Source of the DNA: an uncultured Enterobacterales bacterium
Lineage (GTDB): Bacteria > Myxococcota_A > UBA796 > CAJQPC01
DNA length: 64,000 nucleotides
Direction: 5' to 3'
Assembly: GCA_964519895.1 (NCBI GenBank)
Contig: CAZFLE010000005.1
Span: 16,417 to 80,416, forward strand
Notes under the pieces: generated by a model
What the model was told of the DNA's origin: nothing
Databases searched by the model: none
Seen by the model: only the letters and a program-made list of their open reading frames with translations
Program-made: the position numbers and the translations under genes
Part shown: piece after piece, positions 36,036-44,356 of the stretch
Layout of the letters: every line of letters starts with the position of its first letter
How positions within the stretch are numbered: the first letter of the stretch is position 1

Positions 36036-37419
36036 TGGCCAGATCACGGAAGAACACCACCACACCCACCGCCAGCGCGACCCAGGCACCGGTCTGGAGC
36101 GGCAGGGCGGCGGGACGGTCCTCGAGGCGGGGCAGGATCAGCTCCTGGATGGCCATCGCGATGACCAGCACCAGGCTGCAGAACGCGCACACCCCCAGCA
36201 GCGCCCAGGTGGCGGTCCACTGCTCGGGGGCCGCCTGGAAGGGACTCAGGGTGAAGAAGTGGAGCAGTCGCGAGATGTCCGTCTCGCGGAAGATCAGCCA
36301 GCCGACGTTGGTGAAGCCGAACATGAGCACGATGGCGGCCAGGCCGCTGCCGGGCAGGTCCTTGACCGCCTGGGGGATGCGGGGCACGACCAGCCGGTAG
36401 CCGGTGAGCAGCGCGGCATGGAACGCCCCCCAGAGCACGAAGGTCCAAGCCGCGCCGTGCCACAGGCCACTCAGGAGCATGGCGATGAAGGCCGAGCGGG
36501 TCGCGACCCAGAACCCACCCCGAGAACCGCCCACCGCGAAGTAGACGTAGTCCCGGATCCACGACGAGAAGGAGATGTGCCAGCGCCGCCAGAAGTCCGA
36601 AGGGTTCTTGGCGATGTAGGGGTGGTCGAAGTTGACCATCAGCTCGAAGCCGAGAATCCGGGCCAGGCCCCGGGCGATGTCCGAGTAGGCCGAGAAGTCA
36701 GCCAGGATCTGGATGGCGAACCCGAGGGTGGCTGCCCAGATCAGCGGGCCCGAGGGGTCCTCCAGGATGAAGACCTTGTCCACATAGGGGGCGATGGTGT
36801 CGGCCACGACCACCTTCTTGAATGCCCCCCACAGGGCCAGGCTGAGGCCGCTGCGAACCGCCACCCAGGAGAAGACCCGGTCGAGCTCCATCTGGGGCAG
36901 GAGGTTCCGCGCCCGCTCCACAGGCCCGGCCACGAGCTGCGGGAAGAAGCTGACGAACACCACGTAGTCCAGGAAGTTCGTCCTGGGCTCCAGCTGCCCC
37001 CGGTAGATGTCCAGGGTGTAGCTCATGGTCTGGAAGGTGAAGAAGCTGATGCCCACGGGCAGGAAGATGCCCAGGGTGTGGAGGCTGGTCTCCACCCCCA
37101 GCAAGCCAAAGACCCCGATCACGTTCTCGATGAAGAAGTCGCAGTACTTGAACGTGCCCAGCATGCCCAGGTTGCCGCACAGGCTCAGGACCAGGAACAG
37201 GCGCTTGCGGGACGGCAGCCGGACCATGCCCAGCCCGCAGAAGTAGTCCAGGGTGGCGGAGCCGTAGAGCAGCAGCAGGAACCAGGGGTGGACCCAGCCG
37301 TAGAAGATGGCGCTGGAGACCGCGAGCAACCCGTTCTGGAGGCGTCGGCTCGGCATCGACCAGTACAGGCCGAACACCAGCACGATGAACACCAGGAATT
37401 CAACCTGCACAAAGGTCAT
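36010..37419 (-). CDS. MBOAT family O-acyltransferase (AlgI/DltB/PatA-like, 469 aa)
   Basis: Polytopic. 'FFTFQTMSYTLDIYRG', 'FFPQLVAGPVERA' and 'NPSDFWRRWHISFSSWIRDYVY' (conserved His). Confidence 0.9.
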   Translation of the reverse strand: MTFVQVEFLVFIVLVFGLYWSMPSRRLQNGLLAVSSAIFYGWVHPWFLLLLYGSATLDYFCGLGMVRLPSRKRLFLVLSLCGNLGMLGTFKYCDFFIENVIGVFGLLGVETSLHTLGIFLPVGISFFTFQTMSYTLDIYRGQLEPRTNFLDYVVFVSFFPQLVAGPVERARNLLPQMELDRVFSWVAVRSGLSLALWGAFKKVVVADTIAPYVDKVFILEDPSGPLIWAATLGFAIQILADFSAYSDIARGLARILGFELMVNFDHPYIAKNPSDFWRRWHISFSSWIRDYVYFAVGGSRGGFWVATRSAFIAMLLSGLWHGAAWTFVLWGAFHAALLTGYRLVVPRIPQAVKDLPGSGLAAIVLMFGFTNVGWLIFRETDISRLLHFFTLSPFQAAPEQWTATWALLGVCAFCSLVLVIAMAIQELILPRLEDRPAALPLQTGAWVALAVGVVVFFRDLANDFIYFQF

Positions 37420-37476
37420 GGCACGGGGCTAACGCCCTGGTGAGACCTGGGGTGACCGGGCTAAAAGCGGCGCTCC

Positions 37477-39096
37477 ATGCCCGACTCCACCCACGACTTC
37501 GTCATCGTCGGAGGCGGCTCGGCCGGCTGCTGCCTGGCGGCCCGGCTCAGCGAAGACCCGGGCTGTCGCGTCCTGGTGCTCGAGGCCGGTCGACCCGATG
37601 CCTGGTGGGACCTGTTCATCCACATGCCGGCGGCCTTGACGATCCCGCTGGGCAACCCGCGCTACGACTGGTGCCACGTGTCCGAGCCCGAGCCGTTCAT
37701 GGGCGGCCGCCGGGTGCGGCACGCCCGGGGCAAGGTCCTGGGCGGCTCCAGCAGCATCAACGGGATGATCTTCATCCGCGGGAACCCGGCGGACTTCGAC
37801 CGCTGGGCTGCGGAACCCGGGATGGAGACGTGGGACCACGCCCACTGCCTGCCCTACTTCCAGCGCATGGAGAGCCGGCTGGGGGGCGGTCCCCTGCGCG
37901 GGTCCGACGGACCCCTGGGGCTCGAGGTCGGCCCCTGCACGAACCCGCTCTTCGCGGCCTTTCTCCAGGCGGTGCAACAGGCGGGCCACCCCCTGACCGA
38001 CGACGTGAACGGTGCGCAGCAGGAGGGCTTTGGCGCCTTCGACCGCAACATCCGCCGGGGCCGCCGCCTGAGCGCCGCCCGGGCCTACCTGCACCCGGTG
38101 CTCGACCGCCCGAACCTGGACGTCCAGTGCCGCGCCCGTGCCACCGGCATCCGCTTCCAGGGCACCCGAGCCATCGGCGTCGACTACCGGATCGGCCGCC
38201 GGGACCGCTTCGCGGCAGCCGGCACCGTGATCAGCTGCGGGGGCGCCTTTGCGTCGCCCCAGCTGCTGCAGCTCTCCGGCATTGGCGACGCCCAACGCCT
38301 CCGGGAGCTCGGGATCGAGCCGGTGCACGACCTGCCGGGCGTGGGCCAGAACCTCCAGGACCACCTCGAGGTCTACGTGCAGCACGCCTGTGCACAGCCG
38401 GTGTCCGAGCAGCCGAACCTGGCCTGGTGGCGCAAGCCCTGGCTGGGCTACCGCTGGCTGGTCCACCGGGACGGCGCCGCCGCGACGAACCACTTCGAGG
38501 CCGGGGGCTTCGCCCGCTCCAACGACACGGTCAGCCAGCCCAACCTGCAGTTCCACTTCCTGCCGCTGGCGGTGCGCTACGACGGCTCATCCCCGGTGGG
38601 GGGCCACGGCTACCAGGTGCACGTAGGGCCGATGCTCAGCGAGAGCCGTGGGTCCGTGCTGCTGAAGAGCGCTGATCCCTTCGAGGCACCCGCCATCCGC
38701 TTCAACTACCTGTCGAAGGAGCGGGACCGGCGGGAGTGGGTCGAAGCGATCCGCTGCACCCGGGACATCCTGGGTCAGCCGGCCTTCGCCGGGCTGGACG
38801 CAGGCGAGCTGTCCCCCGGTCCCGACCTGCAGACCGACGACGAGCTCCTGGACTGGGTCGCCCGGGACGCCGAGACGGCCCTGCACCCCAGCTGCACCTG
38901 TGCCCTCGGCGTGGGACCCGATGCGGTGGTCGACCCGGCCACCATGCGGGTCCACGGGGTCGAGGGCCTGGCGGTGGTCGACGCGTCGGTCATGCCGTCG
39001 ATCACCAACGGGAATCTCTACGGCCCCACCATGATGATCGCCGAGAAGGCCGCGGACCTGTTGCGGGGGGACACACCTCTGGCGCCAGAGCGCTGA
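37477..39096 (+). CDS. GMC family FAD oxidoreductase, choline-dehydrogenase-like (539 aa)
   Basis: '[22 protein letters not shown]', '[18 protein letters not shown]', '[16 protein letters not shown]', 'HPSCTCALG' and '[29 protein letters not shown]'. Confidence 0.88.
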   Translation: MPDSTHDFVIVGGGSAGCCLAARLSEDPGCRVLVLEAGRPDAWWDLFIHMPAALTIPLGNPRYDWCHVSEPEPFMGGRRVRHARGKVLGGSSSINGMIFIRGNPADFDRWAAEPGMETWDHAHCLPYFQRMESRLGGGPLRGSDGPLGLEVGPCTNPLFAAFLQAVQQAGHPLTDDVNGAQQEGFGAFDRNIRRGRRLSAARAYLHPVLDRPNLDVQCRARATGIRFQGTRAIGVDYRIGRRDRFAAAGTVISCGGAFASPQLLQLSGIGDAQRLRELGIEPVHDLPGVGQNLQDHLEVYVQHACAQPVSEQPNLAWWRKPWLGYRWLVHRDGAAATNHFEAGGFARSNDTVSQPNLQFHFLPLAVRYDGSSPVGGHGYQVHVGPMLSESRGSVLLKSADPFEAPAIRFNYLSKERDRREWVEAIRCTRDILGQPAFAGLDAGELSPGPDLQTDDELLDWVARDAETALHPSCTCALGVGPDAVVDPATMRVHGVEGLAVVDASVMPSITNGNLYGPTMMIAEKAADLLRGDTPLAPER

Positions 39097-39106
39097 CCCG
39101 ACACGC

Positions 39107-39286
39107 GGAGAGGGGTCGAACGCGACACCTCCCACATGGAGAGGGGCTGAACGCGACAAGATCGGCCCAGAAGGCCCTTGCACGGCCCTCCAAAGGCCCT
39201 CAGATCGGTCGAATCGGCCCTGGGGCAAGCAATCTGTCGCGTTCAGCCCCTCTGCGCGTGGCGACTGTCGCGTTCGACCCCTCTCC
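39107..39286. repeat. Nested double-palindrome intergenic element, copy 2, between convergent genes
   Basis: A = GGAGAGGGGTCGAACGCGACA (39107-39127) pairs perfectly over 21 bp with A' (39266-39286). B = AGAGGGGCTGAACGCGACA (39140-39158) pairs perfectly over 19 bp with B' (39235-39253). A and B are direct repeats differing at 2 positions. The 76-nt core is rich in GGCCC and has two AGATCGG copies. Confidence 0.85.
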
Positions 39287-39292
39287 ACCTGC

Positions 39293-42200
39293 TCAGGGCT
39301 CGTAGAGTCCCGCGGCCGTGAGCTGCTCGATCAGCACCGAGGTGCGGTGCGGAAAGAACTCGGTCCGCAGCCGCTCCCGCTCGGTGAGCCACTCCACGTC
39401 GCGGGTGTAGGGCGCGGACCGGACCGCGTCGCCCCAGCGAGCGGACTCGCCGACCACCGCGTTCCAGATCTCGTCGGCCCGGGCGTCCCAGCGGGCCAGG
39501 CAGGCGTCGGCGGTCAGGGCACCGTCTCCGGTCAGGTGCTCTCGGGCCCGGGCGGCGTAGCGGGCGCGGAAGTCCGGATTGTCCCGCAGCCGGGCGTAGA
39601 CGTGGGAGATGCTGCCGGCCACGTCCACGTCGATGTTGTAGTCATCGGTCGCCGCCCAGATGCTGTACTCCATGTCCCACAACAGCCAGTGGAACTGGGC
39701 GCCGTCGACCCGCTCCCGCACACCGCGCATGTTGTTGGACGAGAAGATCTCCGGGCCGTCCATGTTGACCGTGTACTGGTGGATCAGCATGTAGTCGATG
39801 AGGTCGTCCAGGTTCAGCATGGCCTCGACCGCCACATAGTTCGCGGGCACTGCCAGGTCTTCGTCGGCCAGGGCGAGCAGGGTGTTGTAGGCCTCCAGGT
39901 CGCCGTTGATCGCCTCGTTGGTGGTCGTGCGGCGGTTGATGGCGTCGTAGTCCTCGTCGCGCCCGCCCAGGTACTCCTCAGCGAAGCCCGCGTCGGGGCG
40001 CTCGACGGGGTTGTAGAGGCCCCAGTAGAGCCCGTTCAGGTACAGGTGCACGACCGTGGCGTGCCCGTCGAGCTTGCCCATGTCCCGGGCGGTGTCCCGG
40101 GCCCAGCTGTCCCGGATGTACTGGGCCTGCTCCGGGTCCCGAAAGTCCTGCCAACCCCGGCTGCCCTGGCAGCGCAGCACGATGCTGTCGAAGCGCTCGG
40201 CCGGAGAGTCCACGAACAGCGGATAGTCCAGCTTGGAGGGGCCGTACTCCGGTCGGAATTCCAGCCTAAGCGCGTGCTTGCGGGTCGAGGAGTGATAGCG
40301 CCAGCCATAGCCGTGCACCCGCACCCCGGCGTCGACCTGGAACCCGGTGGACCCGTCGGGCAGGATCAGCTCGACCGACGTGGCCCGCTCCCAGGCCCGA
40401 CCCCGCTGAAGCGAGTGCACGTAGAGCCCGTCGTCGGCCCCGAACAGGTCCTGGGGGTCCAGCACCAGGGACATCGTGGGGATCTCCCGAAGCCCGTCGA
40501 GCAGGTCCCGGGCATAGGCGGCGGCGTCGACGATCTCGGGATCCATCTCGTAGTCGGCGGCCACCGCGGCCTGATCCAGGCCGTCCCAGGTGGTGGGGAA
40601 GCCCTCCGGCGCTGCCGGCTGACGGACCACATCGTCCAGGTAGAGGTAGGTGTGGGTCGCGACCGGGGACGGCTCCAGCCCGTCCTGGAAGGCGACGGCT
40701 CGCAGGATGGCGGTGGTCTGCACGTCGACCACGACGGATGCGGCGGCCACCTGGACCCCGTGGTCCGGACCGGGCACCGAGCCGTCCAGGGTGTAGGCCA
40801 GGGAAGCCCCGGCGGTGTCGGTGGCCAGGGTGACCTGGAGGGGGGCGTCGTAGAAGCCCCTGGGCGGGTCCAGGGTCACCGGGGACACAAAACCCCCGAA
40901 GCCCGTGCCGTTGGGGGCCCCGGGGGTCGGGGTCGAGAACCAGGCCAGCTCGCCGGTGTCCAGGGCCGTCGCCGTCAGGGTCGGCGCCAGGAACAGGTCG
41001 TCGTCGTCGACGGAGGTGGCGTGGAAGGCCACGCTGGTGACCAGGGCGGGCGCTTGCTGCCCGGCTGTCGTGGCCACCCCGTCGATCCAGACCGACGCCG
41101 CGTCGTCCACCTCGAGGGCCAGGTCCAGCCGCTCGGGCACCGCGTCTCCGCTCACCGACGCCCGCACCCAGACCTGGGGCCCGTCCAGCAGCCCTGCCAG
41201 GTCGGTGCCCAGCCGCTCGGCATAGGGCGAGGCCTCGCCCACCCGGACTTCGACCTCGGCCAGGCTCAGCCACTCGCTGCTGCGCACCCCACCCACGGCC
41301 TCCTTGGAGACCCGCACGAACCGGCCCGACACGCCGCCGGGGGCCACGCCCAGCTCGGCTCCGGGGTTGGTCGGGGTGCCGTCAGCCGCCACCGGGTTGA
41401 GCACCTCGGAGACCCAGACCGGGGCGCCCCCATCGTCGTAGACCGTGACCGTCAGGTTGTAGAACCGCTCGGGACAACAGTCGATCCGGTTGAAAAGTGC
41501 GACTTCGACCATCGGCTGCTCGCTGCCCAGGTCCACCTGCCACCACGGCGCCAGGTCCCCGTCGCCGGTGTGGGTAAAGGTGCTCAGCTCCCCGTCGGTG
41601 CCCTGGACGCCGGTGTAGCCGTACCCATCGGACGACTGGGTGGTGGCCTGGAACAGCGCGGCGTTCTCGACCGGAGCGTCGGGGTCGACGTCGGTGCCGT
41701 CGAAGCCCACCGGCAGCGTGCCTGGGGCCCAGGCAGCGTCGTCGAACCCCGGGTCGGTCCAGTCGGCGCTGGGCTCGGTCCCCGTCCACAGCACTGCGCT
41801 GCCGTCCCCCAACCACACCGTGTCCGTGGCGGTCTGTTCCCACCCGTAGGACACGTCTTCGACCTGGTCGGCAAAGCTCAGCCCGTCGGCCACGACCCCG
41901 TCCGGTCGCAGCAGCCGGACCGTCTCGCCCGCCCCGCCCAGCTTGAAGTCCGTGTGCCAGGCGCCGTCGGCATCCACCCTGTCCTTGCCCGACGCGAAGA
42001 CCACCCGGAAGCCCCCGCCCACCAGCTCCGCCGCCGGCAGGACCCAGCCGTCCTGCGCGGCGTCGTCGTCGGTCAGCATCCAGCCCGCCAGCGACACGCT
42101 CTCGGGGCCCGGGTTGAACAGCTCGATCCAGTCGCTGCTGTCCCCGTCGGCGTCCTCCAGGCTGCCGCCGTTGCGGGCCAGGACCTCGTTGATGCGCAGG

Positions 42201-42319
42201 GTCCCCCCGGTCCAGGGCGCGGTGTCGCGAGCGGTGTCCGAGTCCGCCGGCAGCGGGCTCGAGTCGGTCACGATGACGCTGCCGTCCTGGCAGGCGAGCA
42301 GGAAGAAGAGCAGCCCCAC
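39293..42319 (-). CDS. CotH kinase-family secreted lipoprotein with LTD, discoidin (F5/8 type C)-like and Fn3-associated domains (1,008 aa)
   Basis: GTG 42319 '(M)GLLFFLLAC' is the only in-frame start after the upstream TAG (42337-42339). 'LRINEVLARN..SDWIELFNPG' (LTD), 'LAPWWQVDLG..VALFNRIDCCPERF' (discoidin-like), and a CotH core 'VELILPDG..GVRVHGYGWRYHSSTRKHALRLEF..VHLYLNGLYWGLYN'. Confidence 0.8.
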   Translation of the reverse strand: MGLLFFLLACQDGSVIVTDSSPLPADSDTARDTAPWTGGTLRINEVLARNGGSLEDADGDSSDWIELFNPGPESVSLAGWMLTDDDAAQDGWVLPAAELVGGGFRVVFASGKDRVDADGAWHTDFKLGGAGETVRLLRPDGVVADGLSFADQVEDVSYGWEQTATDTVWLGDGSAVLWTGTEPSADWTDPGFDDAAWAPGTLPVGFDGTDVDPDAPVENAALFQATTQSSDGYGYTGVQGTDGELSTFTHTGDGDLAPWWQVDLGSEQPMVEVALFNRIDCCPERFYNLTVTVYDDGGAPVWVSEVLNPVAADGTPTNPGAELGVAPGGVSGRFVRVSKEAVGGVRSSEWLSLAEVEVRVGEASPYAERLGTDLAGLLDGPQVWVRASVSGDAVPERLDLALEVDDAASVWIDGVATTAGQQAPALVTSVAFHATSVDDDDLFLAPTLTATALDTGELAWFSTPTPGAPNGTGFGGFVSPVTLDPPRGFYDAPLQVTLATDTAGASLAYTLDGSVPGPDHGVQVAAASVVVDVQTTAILRAVAFQDGLEPSPVATHTYLYLDDVVRQPAAPEGFPTTWDGLDQAAVAADYEMDPEIVDAAAYARDLLDGLREIPTMSLVLDPQDLFGADDGLYVHSLQRGRAWERATSVELILPDGSTGFQVDAGVRVHGYGWRYHSSTRKHALRLEFRPEYGPSKLDYPLFVDSPAERFDSIVLRCQGSRGWQDFRDPEQAQYIRDSWARDTARDMGKLDGHATVVHLYLNGLYWGLYNPVERPDAGFAEEYLGGRDEDYDAINRRTTTNEAINGDLEAYNTLLALADEDLAVPANYVAVEAMLNLDDLIDYMLIHQYTVNMDGPEIFSSNNMRGVRERVDGAQFHWLLWDMEYSIWAATDDYNIDVDVAGSISHVYARLRDNPDFRARYAARAREHLTGDGALTADACLARWDARADEIWNAVVGESARWGDAVRSAPYTRDVEWLTERERLRTEFFPHRTSVLIEQLTAAGLYEP

Positions 42320-42336
42320 GGGGCCACGGTACTCCC

Positions 42337-44232
42337 CTACAGGGTCATCAGGAAGGCCTCCAGGTCTGCCAGCTCGCCCTCGCTGAGCCCCGAAGTGTCC
42401 CCCATCGACCCGTCCTGGCTGCGCAGGAGCAGTGCCTGGAGGGTGGGCTCGGAGCCGTCGTGGAGGTAGGGCGCGGTGGCCGCCACACCGACCAGGCTGG
42501 GGGTCATGACGTCGTCCAGGCCATAGAGCGCATGGCCCCGGTTGTCGGTGTACAGCGGCGGCACGTGGCACTCTCCACAGGCCACGTCGTCCCGGAAGAA
42601 CACCTCGGCGCCGCGGGCCACGGCGTCCGGGTCCTGGGGCACGCCGGACTCGTTGGGGGTGGCGTCGACAAATACCGCGATCGCGTCGAACAGGGCCGGG
42701 TTCACGGCGCCCCTGGCCCCACCCATGCGCAGGCGGGCCGTCAGCTGTGCCTCCAGGGCGACGCTCTGGACCCCTTCGGTCCATGTGACAGGCGCCGTCT
42801 CCGAGACCACCCCACCCAGCGAAGGGGTCTGGCGATCGCCGTCATCGAACTCCCAGGTCAGGCCATCGGTCCGGCCCTCGAAGTGGCAGGTGCTGCACGA
42901 AACCCCGACCGACGTGTCGACCAGGCTGTCGTCCACGGCCGACGTGAACAGCCGGCGGCCGAGCTCGAACTCCCAGCCCAGGTCGCCTTCGAAGGGCCAC
43001 CAGCTCTCCTCCCGGGTGAGCACATTGCCGGACGTCTGGTCCGTGGTCAGCACGGTCACCGCCCGGTCCAGGTTCTCGTGGATCAGCGCCAGGAAGTGGC
43101 CTGTCCAGACCACCATGGCGGGTCCCGCACCGGTCTCCAGGGTCGTTGCGTCTGCCGCCAGCAGCGGCTCCCCGGGAGACCAGGACGGCAGAGCCGCGGG
43201 CACGCTCACCCACAGCACGGTGTCCGAGGCCTCCATCGGACCGGCGATGGCGCTCTGGTCCGGACTCCAGCTGACCGACGACAGGTAGCTCCGAGCCACC
43301 ACGGCGTCGTTGTCGACCCGGGTCTCCTCGATCGTGCTCAGGGGCAGCCCCGACCCGGGGTCCGGCTCTCCGTCCTCGTCCAGCTCGAACAGTGTGACCG
43401 CCGGCTGGAAGCGTCCCTGACCCGGCGTCGTGTCCAGGACGCCCTCGGTGTAGTAGCCCTCGACACTGGTGCCCTGGGACAGGCCGACCTCGGTGCTCTC
43501 GGAGGCGAAGTGATCCACGTACAGGATCGGCACGGCCAGCCGCCTGCCGTCCGGAGAGACCGACAGGTCCCCGGTCACCCGCGGGGTGTAGGGCTGGGCC
43601 GCGCTGCGCATCTCGCTCAGCACCTCTGGCGGATCGACCAAGAGCTGGTCGCCGTCAGACAGCGACACAGCGGTCAGGTGGGGCCCGACGGCGTGGCCCA
43701 CGTAGAGCCACTGCCCGGTGGGATGGATGGCGAGCCACCGCGGCTCGGGCCCCACGGCGTGGACGCGCAAGACCTCCAACGTGTCCAGGTCGCGCTCCTC
43801 GATCACCCCCTCCCGAGAGCTGGCGATGTACAGCCGACGCCGCTCGCTGTCCGCGGCCAGGCCGTACGGCTCGACCGCGGTGGGGTGACGGGAGAGCTCG
43901 GCCGGGGCCGCCGCCAAGGAGTCGGTGAGCGCCAGGACCACGAGCTCGTCGCTGCCACGCAGGGTCACGAAGAGCCGCTGGTCCTGGACCAGCAGGCGCG
44001 TGGGCTCACCGCCTAGGGTCACGTGCAGGCTGTCCCCCGTCTGCAGGTCCAGCTGGCTGACCTGGCCCAGGCTGGTGTCCAGTGCGAACACCGAGGTGGT
44101 GCCGTCCCAGGCGGCCACGGTCGCGCCCCGGGCCCCGTCCTCGGCATGGTTGACCATGGGCGCATCCCGGAACGTGTCGTCGGTGACAGCGCAGCTGATG
44201 AGTGCCGAAACAAAGGTTGCGAGTGCGAACAT
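42337..44232 (-). CDS. Lipoprotein with a beta-propeller and a di-haem cytochrome c peroxidase (CCP/MauG)-like domain (631 aa)
   Basis: ATG 44232 'MFALATFVSALISC' has GGAG 6 nt upstream. 'CSTCHFEGRTDGLTWEF' and 'CGECHVPPLYTDN..TPSLVGVAATAPYLHDGSEPTL' give two CxxCH motifs plus the CCP C-terminal signature. Confidence 0.75.
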   Translation of the reverse strand: MFALATFVSALISCAVTDDTFRDAPMVNHAEDGARGATVAAWDGTTSVFALDTSLGQVSQLDLQTGDSLHVTLGGEPTRLLVQDQRLFVTLRGSDELVVLALTDSLAAAPAELSRHPTAVEPYGLAADSERRRLYIASSREGVIEERDLDTLEVLRVHAVGPEPRWLAIHPTGQWLYVGHAVGPHLTAVSLSDGDQLLVDPPEVLSEMRSAAQPYTPRVTGDLSVSPDGRRLAVPILYVDHFASESTEVGLSQGTSVEGYYTEGVLDTTPGQGRFQPAVTLFELDEDGEPDPGSGLPLSTIEETRVDNDAVVARSYLSSVSWSPDQSAIAGPMEASDTVLWVSVPAALPSWSPGEPLLAADATTLETGAGPAMVVWTGHFLALIHENLDRAVTVLTTDQTSGNVLTREESWWPFEGDLGWEFELGRRLFTSAVDDSLVDTSVGVSCSTCHFEGRTDGLTWEFDDGDRQTPSLGGVVSETAPVTWTEGVQSVALEAQLTARLRMGGARGAVNPALFDAIAVFVDATPNESGVPQDPDAVARGAEVFFRDDVACGECHVPPLYTDNRGHALYGLDDVMTPSLVGVAATAPYLHDGSEPTLQALLLRSQDGSMGDTSGLSEGELADLEAFLMTL

Positions 44233-44329
44233 GGGGGCTCCGAGGCTGAGCAAGAGACGGGTTCCTTCTCTCCACAGTGCCCAGGAGCGGGAAGAAGGAT
44301 CACAAGATCCGAAGCTTTCTGAGCCAGGG

Positions 44330-44337
44330 TAGAGTCC
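44330..44337 (+). promoter_or_regulatory. TAGAGTCC motif upstream of the 44357 gene
   Basis: 'GGGTAGAGTCCCCTCCCCTGGGGATCCGCCATG'. The hexamer TAGAGT ends 21 nt before the ATG. The in-frame TAG within it rules out any upstream start. Confidence 0.3.
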
Positions 44338-44356
44338 CCTCCCCTGGGGATCCGCC

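Noticed and set aside
39266-39289. tRNA-like 3' half ('GCGTTCGACCCCTCTCCACC') suggesting a tRNA gene or att site
   Set aside because: There is no complementary T-stem, no acceptor-stem partner and no anticodon arm. The sequence is one arm of the nested palindrome. No integrase is nearby.
38587-39305. ORFs 38587..39288 (minus) and 38736..39305 (plus) running through the palindromic element
   Set aside because: They overlap the 3' end of the GMC gene in other frames, and the intergenic part simply translates the inverted repeats. There is no coding signature.
42320-42784. N-terminal extensions of track ORFs 39293..42784, 30904..33462, 49834..51549, 44950..47031 and 46242..48599
   Set aside because: The extensions overlap neighbouring genes in another frame and are Arg/Pro/Gly-rich. 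Each real gene begins at a lipoprotein-type signal peptide immediately after the neighbour's stop.
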